A stretch of 62,435 nucleotides of DNA, filler included, from a bacterium (lineage in GTDB: Bacteria; JALSQH01), in the NCBI GenBank assembly GCA_027004335.1. It is 10 parts of 10 records of this genome, joined end to end, with 100 filler letters (N's around TTAATTAATTAA, not from the genome) between each part and the next. Parts side by side here need not be neighbours in the genome. Positions count along the whole stretch, not along the records: positions 18,241 to 34,885 come from JALTID010000254.1; 9 more parts are not named here. One strand, written 5' to 3'. Below the pieces are notes generated by a model that searched no databases, was not told where the DNA came from, and worked only from the letters and a program-made list of their open reading frames with translations. Positions within the stretch are counted from its first letter, which is position 1. Every line of letters starts with the position of its first letter. Shown here one piece after another: positions 18,733 through 29,064 of this stretch. The position numbers and the translations under genes were made by a program.

Positions 18733-20199
18733 TTAAGGCATATTGAAAGCCACCCAGAAAGTCCCTTCTCCTTCTCTATAAATAAGGAAAAGAAGTGGTT
18801 TACCTGATTTAACTCTCTTAAGAATTCTCTCAGCCTGAGAAGCAGTCTTTACTTCATGTTGATTTATTTTCAGAATCACATCACCAGCCCTCAAACCCTG
18901 GGCTGCTGCAACGGAATCTGGATCCACATTGGTGATAAGTACACCTTTATAAATATGGATTCCCAGTCGTTCTGCAATAGTCCTATTAAGAGTTTTTAAA
19001 GTCATACCTATTTTAGAAGTGACACTCTCTGTAGGTCCCCTCTTCTCTTCAGGGGATGTCCCCTTACCCATTTGAGCAATTTTTACCTTTAACACCTTTT
19101 TTTTCAACTTCTTCCCATTAGGTCTCCTGATTTCTATTTTTACCTTTTTACCTGGCGGGGTTGAAGCTACATAAAAAGGGAGGTCTCTGAACGACTTGAC
19201 TTCCTTGCCATCAAATTTCACAATTATGTCTCCGGGTTTCATTCCGGCTTTATCAGCAGGAGTACCTTTTAAAACTTGAGCAACCAGAGCGCCTTCAGGT
19301 TTTTTAAGACCAAAACCTTTAGCTATTGCCGGAGTAACTTTCTGGATTTTTACACCAAGCCAACCTCTTATAACTTTTCCTTTTGTTTTTAATTGAGCAA
19401 TCACTGTCCTGGCAATGTTGGAGGGGATTGCAAAACCTATTCCAGCAGATTGACCTGTTTTCGTGTAAATTGCAGCATTAATTCCAATTACATCACCTTT
19501 CAGATCAAGTAAAGGACCACCAGAATTACCCGGGTTTATTGGAGCATCAGTTTGAAGATAATTGTCATATGGACCGTAGCCAATAACCCTTCCTTTGGCA
19601 CTTATTATTCCATGAGTAACTGTGTGAGATAATCCAAAGGGGTTACCAATTGCTATTACCCACTCTCCAATCTTTACCTTATCTGAATCACCCAAAGAAA
19701 GATATGGAAATTTTTTCTTTGCCTTAATTTTCAGAAGAGCAAGATCTGTCTTCTTATCTTTCCCCACAATTTTTGCTCTATATTTTTCATCTTCTGAAAA
19801 AGAAACAATAATCTTGTCAGCACCTTCAATCACATGATAATTAGTAAGAATGTAACCATCTGGATCAATTACAAATCCAGAACCCAGGCTCTTCCTTGTA
19901 TATTTATGGGGAATTTCAGGAAAGGGCTGCTCAAAAAACCAGTAGAAAAACTTATAAAGCTGCTGAGCCTGTGGAGGAATTCTCATGACTTTTGTAGAAC
20001 TAATGTTCACAACTGCCGGGAGTGCCTTTTCAACAAGAGTAGAAAAATCAGGCAAACTTATGGGGGCTGAAACTATCGGCTGAGGTTGTTGGGAAGCTTT
20101 TTCTTCTGCAGATGTGCCTGGAGTCAAATCAAAGCAAGCAGCAAAAAAAACTCCCAGGGTAAAAGCAAGTATGATCCACAGGTACTTAGCTCTCTTCAT
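18733..20199 (-). CDS. degQ: DegP/DegQ (HtrA) serine protease with two PDZ domains
   Basis: GSGFVI, TNYHV, DLALLK, INPGNSGGPL, RGWLGV. Confidence 0.93.
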   Translation of the reverse strand: MKRAKYLWIILAFTLGVFFAACFDLTPGTSAEEKASQQPQPIVSAPISLPDFSTLVEKALPAVVNISSTKVMRIPPQAQQLYKFFYWFFEQPFPEIPHKYTRKSLGSGFVIDPDGYILTNYHVIEGADKIIVSFSEDEKYRAKIVGKDKKTDLALLKIKAKKKFPYLSLGDSDKVKIGEWVIAIGNPFGLSHTVTHGIISAKGRVIGYGPYDNYLQTDAPINPGNSGGPLLDLKGDVIGINAAIYTKTGQSAGIGFAIPSNIARTVIAQLKTKGKVIRGWLGVKIQKVTPAIAKGFGLKKPEGALVAQVLKGTPADKAGMKPGDIIVKFDGKEVKSFRDLPFYVASTPPGKKVKIEIRRPNGKKLKKKVLKVKIAQMGKGTSPEEKRGPTESVTSKIGMTLKTLNRTIAERLGIHIYKGVLITNVDPDSVAAAQGLRAGDVILKINQHEVKTASQAERILKRVKSGKPLLFLIYREGEGTFWVAFNMP

Positions 20200-20551
20200 T
20201 TTTCTTCTCCTTTACTTCAAGTTTGGACTCTGGGGAATTCTCCTTTTCTTTAGAAGAAGATTCTTTTAGTATTTCCAAATACTTAAACTTTAATTCTGTT
20301 AGCAAATAATTTATGGTGTTCTCTTCATCCTGGGTAAGATTTCCCTTCGTCTTTTCTTTCAGCATTTCTATTGTATCAATTGTGTGTTTTGCAAGTAAAA
20401 GATTTTTGTTAGTTTTCCCAGAAATAGGATCAGGGATTATTCCCAGATAGATATAAACTGACTGGCTGATTCCAAGGATAAAATCTCTAAAACTAACTGG
20501 GGGAATCTCATCAGAGTTAAACTCATAACTGTTTTTCTCTTTTTCCTCCAT
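20186..20551 (-). CDS. DUF1844 family protein
   Basis: LGIIPDPISGK...LAKHTIDTIEMLKEKTKGNLT signature; GAGG RBS before ATG 20551. Confidence 0.85.
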   Translation of the reverse strand: MEEKEKNSYEFNSDEIPPVSFRDFILGISQSVYIYLGIIPDPISGKTNKNLLLAKHTIDTIEMLKEKTKGNLTQDEENTINYLLTELKFKYLEILKESSSKEKENSPESKLEVKEKKNEES

Positions 20552-20567
20552 TGCTACCTCCTCTACC

Positions 20568-22847
20568 CTATACAACAGCCTTTTCTTCTCTTAATACCAC
20601 CTTTCCACTCTCATCAAGATCAAAGTAAAAATAATCCTGCTCTGTCCATTTTAGCGTCACAGGCAATTTAATTACCTCATCAATTTTTCTCTTCAGGTAC
20701 CTTGCTCCATACTTTATGGAGAAACCTTCTCTCGCAACAGCTCTGACCGTCTCTTCGGAAACTATAAGTCGCTTGCCTTCTTCCTCAACCTGATCATGGA
20801 TCTTTCTAATGTACCTTCTCGCTATCTCAACAACTTCTTCCTCTGTGAGAGGTGAAAAAACAATAATCTCATCAATTCTATTTAAGAACTCAGGAGAAAA
20901 TCTGTTTTCCACTTCCTGTAATATCAACTTATTCACCTCTCCAACTGACTCTTTTTCTTTTAAGAAACCAAGAGGCTTCAAAAAGTTCCTAAAATGTTGA
21001 TACCCTATGTTAGAAGTCATTATGATTATAGCGTCGCTGAAATAAACTTTTTTCCCCCTTCCATCTGTCAGCCACCCTTCATCAAATACCTGAAGAAACA
21101 ATGTAAGAACATCGGGATGAGCTTTCTCAACTTCATCAAGAAGAACTACGGTATAAGGATTCTCCCTTATTTTATTGGTAAGGATCCCTCCTCTTTCTGA
21201 GCCCACTATTCCTCTAGGCATCCCTAAGAGTTTATCTATAGAAACAGTGCCATCGCGATACTCTGACATATCCAGTCTTACCATTTTTTCCTCATCACCA
21301 AAAAGATACTCAGCTAACGCTTTCGCCAGTTCAGTTTTCCCAACTCCTGTTGGACCCAGAAAGAGTAGAACACCATCAGGTCTGTTGAAATTTTCTTTTA
21401 AGGGACCTTTATTAAGCCTTAAACGCCTGCCAAGAGCATCAATAGCTTCTTTCTGCCCCACTATTCTCTGAGCGATCTTTTCCTCTAGATCAGCAAATCT
21501 CTCCACCGAACTTCTCATCACCATATCAAGGGGGATCTGTGACTCTTCTGCTACCACCTCATAAACATGTTCAGATTTTACAATCTTATCCTTACTGTAG
21601 AGGACCGCCTTCACACACGCTGTATCAAGCCATCCAATAGGTTTATCTGGAAGTTTTCTCCCTCTCTCGTACCTTTTAGAAAGAGTAAGAGAAGTTTTTA
21701 TGGCTTCATCAGTGATTGTAACTGAATAAATTCTTTCCAGCCGTTTTTTCACACCGTATAGTATCCTTTCGGTCTCTTTAAATGTGGGTTCTTTAACATA
21801 AATAGTCCTGAACCTTCTTGCCAGCGCCTCATCTTCCATGATATACTGCATATACTCAGTATAAGTAGTAGCTCCTATGATCTGAATATCCCCTTTTGCA
21901 AGGGATGACTTAAAAATATTTGCAGCATCAGAGGGGACGCCCATAGCTGAACCTGCCCCTATTATGGAATGAGCTTCATCTATAAAAAGTATTATATTTC
22001 CCCTTTCCTTAACCTCCTTGATAATCTTCTCTACCCTCTCCTCAAACATTCCCCTGAACATTGTTCCTGCTACAAGTGAGTTCATCTGAAGGTTAACTAT
22101 CTGGTAGTCTCGCAAACTTTCTGGAATTTTTTGAGATTCAAACTCTATCTTCCATGCAAGCCCTTCTGCAATAGCAGTTTTTCCAACTCCAGGTTCCCCT
22201 ATTAACATAACAGAATTAGCTCTCTCCCTGTGGGAGAGAATCTCTATCATCTTTTTAATTTCTTCTTCTCTACCATAGATTTCAGGGATTTTGTCCATTA
22301 CTGCAAGCTTATTTAAGTTAACTCCAAACTGGCGCAAGAAGCCAGGTAATTCATATTTTCTTCTCAATTCTCTTTCAAATTCAATTCTCCTCCTTGCTTC
22401 TTCCATAATAGCATTAATTACCGTAAATGGCTCTTTTCCTTCTTCCTTAAGCAGGAAAGCGGGATAACTCTCTTCCACCATAAAAATTCCGGCAAGTAGA
22501 TTGTATGGCCCTATTTTCTGATAACCTTCGCCGTTGGCATTTGTAAGAGCCTTTTCAAGAACTTTTTTTACAAGATGAGAGACCTTTATCCCGGAAGATG
22601 ATTCCACAAGATAGTCGGATTTTTCAAGCCTGTTGTTTATCTTTACTCTTATTTCAAGGGGATCCACTCCTATGTTCTCCATAATCCTATCAAAGCTCTC
22701 GTTTTCAAGTTTAATAAAAGCATAGAGAAGATGTTCCGGTGCAAGGTAGTAGTGGTCCCTCTTCTGAGTTTCAGTAATTGCAAGAGTTAAAATCTTCTGA
22801 GCCCTTTCTGTTAAATAATCCCTGTAAGGCGATAGGTCAATGTGCAT
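20568..22847 (-). CDS. ClpA/ClpC-like AAA+ ATPase
   Basis: Clp N repeats, GEPGVGKT/FIDEAH, GPTGVGKT/LLDEVEKAH, LGF loop, PEFLNRID. Confidence 0.92.
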   Translation of the reverse strand: MHIDLSPYRDYLTERAQKILTLAITETQKRDHYYLAPEHLLYAFIKLENESFDRIMENIGVDPLEIRVKINNRLEKSDYLVESSSGIKVSHLVKKVLEKALTNANGEGYQKIGPYNLLAGIFMVEESYPAFLLKEEGKEPFTVINAIMEEARRRIEFERELRRKYELPGFLRQFGVNLNKLAVMDKIPEIYGREEEIKKMIEILSHRERANSVMLIGEPGVGKTAIAEGLAWKIEFESQKIPESLRDYQIVNLQMNSLVAGTMFRGMFEERVEKIIKEVKERGNIILFIDEAHSIIGAGSAMGVPSDAANIFKSSLAKGDIQIIGATTYTEYMQYIMEDEALARRFRTIYVKEPTFKETERILYGVKKRLERIYSVTITDEAIKTSLTLSKRYERGRKLPDKPIGWLDTACVKAVLYSKDKIVKSEHVYEVVAEESQIPLDMVMRSSVERFADLEEKIAQRIVGQKEAIDALGRRLRLNKGPLKENFNRPDGVLLFLGPTGVGKTELAKALAEYLFGDEEKMVRLDMSEYRDGTVSIDKLLGMPRGIVGSERGGILTNKIRENPYTVVLLDEVEKAHPDVLTLFLQVFDEGWLTDGRGKKVYFSDAIIIMTSNIGYQHFRNFLKPLGFLKEKESVGEVNKLILQEVENRFSPEFLNRIDEIIVFSPLTEEEVVEIARRYIRKIHDQVEEEGKRLIVSEETVRAVAREGFSIKYGARYLKRKIDEVIKLPVTLKWTEQDYFYFDLDESGKVVLREEKAVV

Positions 22848-22850
22848 AAT

Positions 22851-23717
22851 TTACCCCTGATAAGCTAAATTTTTTAATCTACTAATTCTTTCCTCCAGTG
22901 GAGGGTGTGTACTTAAAAGTTTAGCCATCATCCCCTTACTGAAAGGATTTACTATATACATATGACTCATTGTTTCATTCCCATATCTGGGAGGTATCTC
23001 ACCAGAGTATCTCCCGAGTTTCTCCAATGCACTGATTAATCCCTGAGGATTTCCAGCTAATTTTGCACCAGAAGCATCTGCAAGATATTCCCTTGATCTT
23101 GAAATTGCAAGCTGGATCAAAGAAGCAATTATTGGGGTTATTATCGCAATTGCCAGAGCTACAAAAATATTTCCTCCTTCATCATCATCACGGCTAAAAC
23201 CACCAAAAATAGCCGCCCATTTTACCATACTTGCGAGTATCATTACGGCGGAAGCAATAGTAGCAGCAATAGAACTGATTAATATATCCCTGTGCTTAAT
23301 ATGGGAGAGTTCATGCCCCAGGACTCCTTTCAACTCTTCATCATCCATTATCTGAAGAAGTCCCTGGGTAACAACAACTGCTGAGTGTGAAGGATTTCTA
23401 CCTGTGGCAAAAGCATTGGGAGAAGGATCAGGTACAACATAGATCCTTGGCATAGGTAATCCTGCTTTTTGAGAAAGTTCATAAACGATCCTGTACAATC
23501 TGGGATTACCATTCTCATCAACAGGTTGAGCCCTATGCATGGCAAGAACAATCTTATCTGAAAACCAGTAGGAGAAAAAATTCATCAAAATAGCAAGAAT
23601 CCCAGCGAAATATAGGCCAGAATTACCCCCTAACAAATAGCCAAAACCGAGAAAAAGACCAGTAAGTAATATTAAAAACAATCCTGTTTTAAACCAGTTG
23701 GTCAAGGTCCAACTCAT
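22851..23717 (-). CDS. htpX: Zinc metalloprotease HtpX
   Basis: PNAFATGR, HELSH, AISRSREYLAD, STHPP. Confidence 0.95.
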   Translation of the reverse strand: MSWTLTNWFKTGLFLILLTGLFLGFGYLLGGNSGLYFAGILAILMNFFSYWFSDKIVLAMHRAQPVDENGNPRLYRIVYELSQKAGLPMPRIYVVPDPSPNAFATGRNPSHSAVVVTQGLLQIMDDEELKGVLGHELSHIKHRDILISSIAATIASAVMILASMVKWAAIFGGFSRDDDEGGNIFVALAIAIITPIIASLIQLAISRSREYLADASGAKLAGNPQGLISALEKLGRYSGEIPPRYGNETMSHMYIVNPFSKGMMAKLLSTHPPLEERISRLKNLAYQG

Positions 23718-23834
23718 CTACCACCTCCTCTTTAAATAGTATCTCAAATTCTTTTTATTTTCAAACTTTCCTCTTATTTGGACACCTGAGAAGAGAGTAT
23801 GTTTAATGAAAAAAAGAGAAAAAAGTTCTGATAC

Positions 23835-25010
23835 CTAAACCCTATCAAAAATTTCTTTCCTTGGATTGTAAGGATTTTCCTTTTTCCATTTTTCAAGAAA
23901 TTCTTTTTGTTTCTTATCCAGACGATCAGGTAAAATTATCTCTACCACCACATACTGATCTCCTCTGTGGCTCGTTTTTGGATTCACTACTCCTTTACCT
24001 TTTATTCTGAATTTCTGACCAGATTTTGTGCCAGGAGGTATCTTCATCTTTATAATTCCTTCAATAGTGGGGACCTCTACTGTCGCTCCAAGAGCTGCTT
24101 CATAAACTGCCACAGGGAGTTTAATATAGATATCATCACCCTTCCTTTCAAATACTGGATGGGTCTTTATTTTAACAATTAGATGAAGATCGCCCGGAGG
24201 ACCGCCGGTGATTCCTGCATTACCCTTCATCGGTATTCTTAATTTAGTACCATCCTCAACACCCGGGGGTACCCTTACAGTTACATTATCAAGGATTTTT
24301 ACTCTTCCGCTACCCTTACATCTTGGACATTTTGTTGAAGTAATTTTTCCTGTTCCACCACAGGTGGGACAAGTTTGTTTGATCTTAAAAAAAGCTACTC
24401 CCGATTGAATATACCCTGTACCTTTACACTGGGGACAAACCTGAGGCTGTGAGAGAGGAACTTCTCCACTACCGCGACAGGTGGGACATTTATCATATCT
24501 ATCAATCTGAATAGTGGTAGTTGTTCCTTTTATTGCATCCATGAAATCAAGTTCAATTGTATAAGTTAAATCCTCACCTCTTGCAGCATAGTTTCCACGA
24601 GAAGTAAAAACATCCTCAAAATCCCTCCTATTCCTCCCCCCAAAGATATCAAAAATATCATCAAAAATGTAACCAAAATCTCCAAATCTTCCTCCAGCAC
24701 CTCTTTTTCGCTTTCTACCAAAAATTTCCTCAAAAATCTCATCAAAATTCACTGAATATGCTTCTCCCGCTCCAGCATGCGGCATGTCACCTTCAAAGTA
24801 AAAGCCAAACTGATCATATTTTTTTCTTTTTTCCGGGTCCCCGAGGACACTATAGGCCTCAGCTATTTCCTTGAACTTTTCCTCAGCTTCTTTATTCCCC
24901 GGATTTCTGTCAGGATGGTACTTCATAGCAAGACGGCGATAAGCCTTCTTAATTTCCTCCTGTGTGGCATTCTTTGAAACACCAAGAATTTTATAATAAT
25001 CCTTGGCCAT
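23835..25010 (-). CDS. dnaJ: Class A DnaJ chaperone
   Basis: HPD motif, G/F-rich region, four CxxCxGxG repeats. Confidence 0.95.
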   Translation of the reverse strand: MAKDYYKILGVSKNATQEEIKKAYRRLAMKYHPDRNPGNKEAEEKFKEIAEAYSVLGDPEKRKKYDQFGFYFEGDMPHAGAGEAYSVNFDEIFEEIFGRKRKRGAGGRFGDFGYIFDDIFDIFGGRNRRDFEDVFTSRGNYAARGEDLTYTIELDFMDAIKGTTTTIQIDRYDKCPTCRGSGEVPLSQPQVCPQCKGTGYIQSGVAFFKIKQTCPTCGGTGKITSTKCPRCKGSGRVKILDNVTVRVPPGVEDGTKLRIPMKGNAGITGGPPGDLHLIVKIKTHPVFERKGDDIYIKLPVAVYEAALGATVEVPTIEGIIKMKIPPGTKSGQKFRIKGKGVVNPKTSHRGDQYVVVEIILPDRLDKKQKEFLEKWKKENPYNPRKEIFDRV

Positions 25011-25013
25011 CTC

Positions 25014-25409
25014 CTATTCCCCATCAATTCTGATATCAATCTTTCGCTTGGGAATCTTCACAGTTAAAATCCCTTTTACAAGCTTTGCTTCAATTTCTTC
25101 AATCTTGATATCTTTTGGTAACTTAAAGGTTCTCAGAAAAAAACCATAGGGAATCTCGCTTCTAACGACTTTGAAATGGCTCGTCTTTTTTTCAAATCTT
25201 CTTTCACCTTTTATCTGAAGCCTTTCCCCCGTTACACTAATCTCAACATCTTCCCGCTCCAGACCAGGAAGCTCCATTCTTATGAAAAAAAACTCTTCTG
25301 TTTCCATAACATCAGCGGGGGGACGCCAGACATCCTGATCTGGAAGACCAACACCTTCTTCCTCAAAATCTGATTCCCACGGAAAGAAGACTCTAAATTT
25401 AAATCCCAT
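25014..25409 (-). CDS. Small heat shock protein (Hsp20)
   Basis: WRPPADV, ELPG, FLRTFKLP, GILTVKIPK. Confidence 0.9.
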   Translation of the reverse strand: MGFKFRVFFPWESDFEEEGVGLPDQDVWRPPADVMETEEFFFIRMELPGLEREDVEISVTGERLQIKGERRFEKKTSHFKVVRSEIPYGFFLRTFKLPKDIKIEEIEAKLVKGILTVKIPKRKIDIRIDGE

Positions 25410-25444
25410 CTATTACTCAAAACTTTTTATCTATATTTTATTAC

Positions 25445-25474
25445 AAAAAAAAGGGGGTAGCAACTCCCCCTTTT
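25445..25474 (-). terminator. Hairpin/terminator between dnaK and hsp20
   Basis: AAAAGGGGG...CCCCCTTTT with a long T tract on minus strand. Confidence 0.65.
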
Positions 25475-25498
25475 ATCTATATAATTATTCTATCATAA

Positions 25499-27454
25499 TT
25501 ATTCTATCTCAGCATCAATCACACCATCATCTTTACCACCTTCTCCACTGGAAGAAGAACCCACATTCTCTGATGTACTCCCTGGAGTACCCGTTCCTTC
25601 TGAACCGCCGGTAGCCCCGCCAGATTCACCTGCACCACTGGAGGAACCAGCCTGCCTGTATAGGAATTCTGCAACCTTTGAAGAAGCAGCAGTAACTTTG
25701 TTTATAGCATTCTCAAGAGAAATTTTATCCTCACTCTGCTGTTCCAGTAATTTCTTTGCTTCGTCAATCGCAGATTGCAATACATTCAGATCGTTCACAG
25801 GTATTCTATCCTTATTTTCGTTTATCACCTTCTCACTACTATACACAAGCGTATCAAGTCTGTTCCTCAATTCAATTAATTCTTTCTTTCTCCTATCATC
25901 TTCCGCATGGGCTTCAGCCTCTTTAACCATCTTCTGGATATCTTCCTCGTTTAGGCCAGTTGAAGCTTGAACTACAACTTTTTGTTCCTTACTCGTAGCA
26001 AGATCCTTAGCTGAAACATGTAAAATTCCATTGGCATCTATATCAAAAGTAACCTCAATCTTAGGAATACTTCTTGGAGCTGGAGGTATCCCGTCAAGAA
26101 TAAACCTTGCAAGTGTCCTGTTATCTTTTGCCATGGGTCTCTCACCCTGAAGAACATGTATCTCAACCTGGGTCTGATTATCAGCCGCAGTGGTAAAGAT
26201 CTCTGATTTCTTTGTAGGAATAGTGGTATTCCTCGGTATAAGAACCGTCATAACCCCACCAAGTGTCTCTATCCCAAGAGAAAGAGGTGTTACATCAAGC
26301 AGGAGAACATCCTTCATTTCACCGGCAAGAATTGCTCCTTGAATCGCCGCTCCCACTGCTACAACCTCATCAGGATTTACACCTTTATGGGGTTCCTTAC
26401 CAAAAAAATCTTTAACCTTTTGCTGAACAAGCGGTATTCTGGTAGAACCACCTACCAGAATAATCTCATCAATATCGGTAGGAGAGAGTTTAGCATCTTC
26501 TAAAGCTCTCTTGCAGGGTCCTATGGTCCTGTCAATTATATCCATTACCATCTTTTCAAGTTGGGATCTTGTAAGTTTCCTTACAAGGTGCTTTGGACCC
26601 GTCTGATCAGCAGTTATAAAAGGTAAATTTATCTCTGTCTCTGTTGTAGTTGATAATTCCTTCTTGGCCCTTTCTGCAGCTTCTTTGAGCCTCTGTAGAG
26701 CCATTCTGTCATTTTTAAGATCGATCCCTGTTTCTCTCTTGAATTCATCTATTAACCACTCAATGATTTTCTGATCTATATCATCACCACCGAGATGTGT
26801 ATCACCAGCAGTAGATTTAACTTCCACCACATTGTCACCTATTTCAAGAATTGATATATCAAAAGTTCCACCACCAAAATCGTAAACAGCAATTTTTTCA
26901 TCTTTCTTTTTATCCTCTCCATAGGCAAGAGCAGCAGCAGTAGGCTCATTTATGATTCTCCTGACGCTAAAACCGGCAATCCTACCTGCATCCTTAGTAG
27001 CCTGCCTCTGGCTATCATTGAAATAGGCTGGCACAGTAATAACTGCTTCACCAATAGTATTACCAACATAACTCTCCGCAGCTTTTTTTAATTTTTGCAA
27101 AATAAATGCAGAAATCTGCTCCGGAGTATAATTTTTGTTTCCTATCATCACCTGTACCCCGCCATTGGGGGATCTTTCAACTTTGTATGGAACCCTTCCA
27201 GCTTCCTCCTGAGCTTCCTCCCATCTTCTTCCAATAAATCTTTTTATAGAATAAACAGTGTGTTCCGGGTTGGTTATTGCCTGCCTTTTGGCAACCTGAC
27301 CCACAAGAATTTCACCTTCTTTGGTAAAAGCAACCACAGAGGGAGTAATTCTATCTCCTTCCTCATTGGGGATAACCTTAACTTCTCCACCCTCCATAAC
27401 TGCAACAACAGAATTTGTTGTGCCAAGGTCTATTCCTACAATTTTCCCTGCCAT
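25499..27454 (-). CDS. dnaK: Chaperone DnaK
   Basis: [38 protein letters not shown]. Confidence 0.97.
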   Translation of the reverse strand: MAGKIVGIDLGTTNSVVAVMEGGEVKVIPNEEGDRITPSVVAFTKEGEILVGQVAKRQAITNPEHTVYSIKRFIGRRWEEAQEEAGRVPYKVERSPNGGVQVMIGNKNYTPEQISAFILQKLKKAAESYVGNTIGEAVITVPAYFNDSQRQATKDAGRIAGFSVRRIINEPTAAALAYGEDKKKDEKIAVYDFGGGTFDISILEIGDNVVEVKSTAGDTHLGGDDIDQKIIEWLIDEFKRETGIDLKNDRMALQRLKEAAERAKKELSTTTETEINLPFITADQTGPKHLVRKLTRSQLEKMVMDIIDRTIGPCKRALEDAKLSPTDIDEIILVGGSTRIPLVQQKVKDFFGKEPHKGVNPDEVVAVGAAIQGAILAGEMKDVLLLDVTPLSLGIETLGGVMTVLIPRNTTIPTKKSEIFTTAADNQTQVEIHVLQGERPMAKDNRTLARFILDGIPPAPRSIPKIEVTFDIDANGILHVSAKDLATSKEQKVVVQASTGLNEEDIQKMVKEAEAHAEDDRRKKELIELRNRLDTLVYSSEKVINENKDRIPVNDLNVLQSAIDEAKKLLEQQSEDKISLENAINKVTAASSKVAEFLYRQAGSSSGAGESGGATGGSEGTGTPGSTSENVGSSSSGEGGKDDGVIDAEIE

Positions 27455-27562
27455 TTTCCTATCTCCTTTCCTTTTTTATTTCTGTAAAAAAAATAATCAT
27501 TATTTCCTCATTGTCAATACTAAATCTTGACATTTTTTGTATGGTTGTGATAGAAATTAGAT

Positions 27563-29038
27563 ATGAAAAGCATGTTAGTTATAAGCGGAGACAATTTTTC
27601 ACCTGTAACAATAAGAAAAACTTGGAAAGTTTTTTCTGCTCCCAAGCCTTTCATTCCAGCCCTTTCTCCCTCAAAAACAATCCGTTCCGCACTGCTTCAG
27701 CCTGAAGGCGTTCCACCTTTAATGGAAATCCTCCTTAAAAGCAAAAGAGTGGTTATCGCTTTTGATGATATTACTGTTCCTTTTCCACCTATGATCAATG
27801 ACATAAGAAAAACAGCCATTGGTGAGGTACTGAAATTAATAGGAGATGCTCCAATACCACGAGAAAATGTGACACTTCTCTGTGCAACGGGGCTCCGTAG
27901 AAGATGTCTACCCTCTGAAGTAAAACAACTACTTGGGAGAAAAATCCTAACGAAATGGATAGATAGAATAAAATTTCACAGGGAGAAAGATTCAAAGTGG
28001 ATTGGGGATACCGAAAAAGGAGAAAGAGTAGAGATAAACAAGCTACTTCTGGAAGCGGATACAGTAATTTATATAAGTATTCTCTTTCTTCCTCTAAGTG
28101 GGGGATGGACATCAATTATTACTGGAACAGGGTCTTTTAATTCAATTATAGAGGTTCTCTCCCCTGACAACACAAAAAAAGGGTCATACTTTGATCCTGG
28201 CTCAAGATTTTTTACTGTAACAAAAAGGATGGGAAAAATTATTAAAAAGAAAGTGAATATCTTCAAAATAGAACTGGTTCTTTCCAATCTTTTTCTCCCG
28301 CCTGTTGAATTAGGGGGGAAAATCTTATCAAAAATTTCTGTGCCTTTTGAAGCTTTTAATTACCTTCCAAATATAGTAAAAAATACGGCTTTACACAAGA
28401 TAAAGGCATGGTACCCTCTCTACAAGGTCTTTGCTGGAGATCCGGACATAGTTAACCAAGAAGCTCTAAATGAACTCATCAACCAGCTTCAAGTAAATGG
28501 TGGAAATAAGAAATTTGACATCATAATGTTCGGTGTACCTGATCTATCTCCATTTAGCATTAACACCTTTAACAATCCTGTTCTTGTCCACACCATGGTT
28601 AATGGTTATCTTTACAATCTCTTTGGAAAAGCACTAAAAAAGAATGGATTCATTATCTTCTGGAATCCACTTGAAGAAAAGTTTGATTTTGAACAACACT
28701 ACCCACATGCGTATTTTTATAACAATCACCTCCCTCTTGATTGTGAGAGGAACAAGGAGCTTGAGGAATTTTACTGGAAAAATAGAGACTTCCATCATCT
28801 GTACTACAACGGATTTGGTTTTCATGGTGGCCATGGCATAGTGGCCTGGTATTTAGGTTGCAGAGGAAAAATGAACACCGAGGGGCAAATTGCTGTTGGA
28901 GCAAATCCATATGTAGCAGAAAAATTGGGAATATCCTCAGCAAATAATATAAATGATGCCCTGGAGGAAGCGGCAAAAAAAGTAAATCCTGAAAATGCCG
29001 CTTTATTCCTTTTTCCACCAGTTTTTTTGATAAGATAA
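27563..29038 (+). CDS. Lactate racemase (LarA/DUF2088) domain protein, divergent
   Basis: VIAFDDIT, CATGL, GDTEKGERVEINK, SGG, NPVLV motifs in LarA order. Confidence 0.7.
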   Translation: MKSMLVISGDNFSPVTIRKTWKVFSAPKPFIPALSPSKTIRSALLQPEGVPPLMEILLKSKRVVIAFDDITVPFPPMINDIRKTAIGEVLKLIGDAPIPRENVTLLCATGLRRRCLPSEVKQLLGRKILTKWIDRIKFHREKDSKWIGDTEKGERVEINKLLLEADTVIYISILFLPLSGGWTSIITGTGSFNSIIEVLSPDNTKKGSYFDPGSRFFTVTKRMGKIIKKKVNIFKIELVLSNLFLPPVELGGKILSKISVPFEAFNYLPNIVKNTALHKIKAWYPLYKVFAGDPDIVNQEALNELINQLQVNGGNKKFDIIMFGVPDLSPFSINTFNNPVLVHTMVNGYLYNLFGKALKKNGFIIFWNPLEEKFDFEQHYPHAYFYNNHLPLDCERNKELEEFYWKNRDFHHLYYNGFGFHGGHGIVAWYLGCRGKMNTEGQIAVGANPYVAEKLGISSANNINDALEEAAKKVNPENAALFLFPPVFLIR

Positions 29039-29064
29039 ATTAAAAAGGTGATAACTGAAGTCTT

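Noticed and set aside
25499..25650. Gly/Ser-rich DnaK tail as a separate repeat element
   Set aside because: Ordinary disordered DnaK C-terminus
27455..27562. CIRCE operator upstream of dnaK
   Set aside because: No TTAGCACTC-N9-GAGTGCTAA; only back-to-back TTGACA boxes
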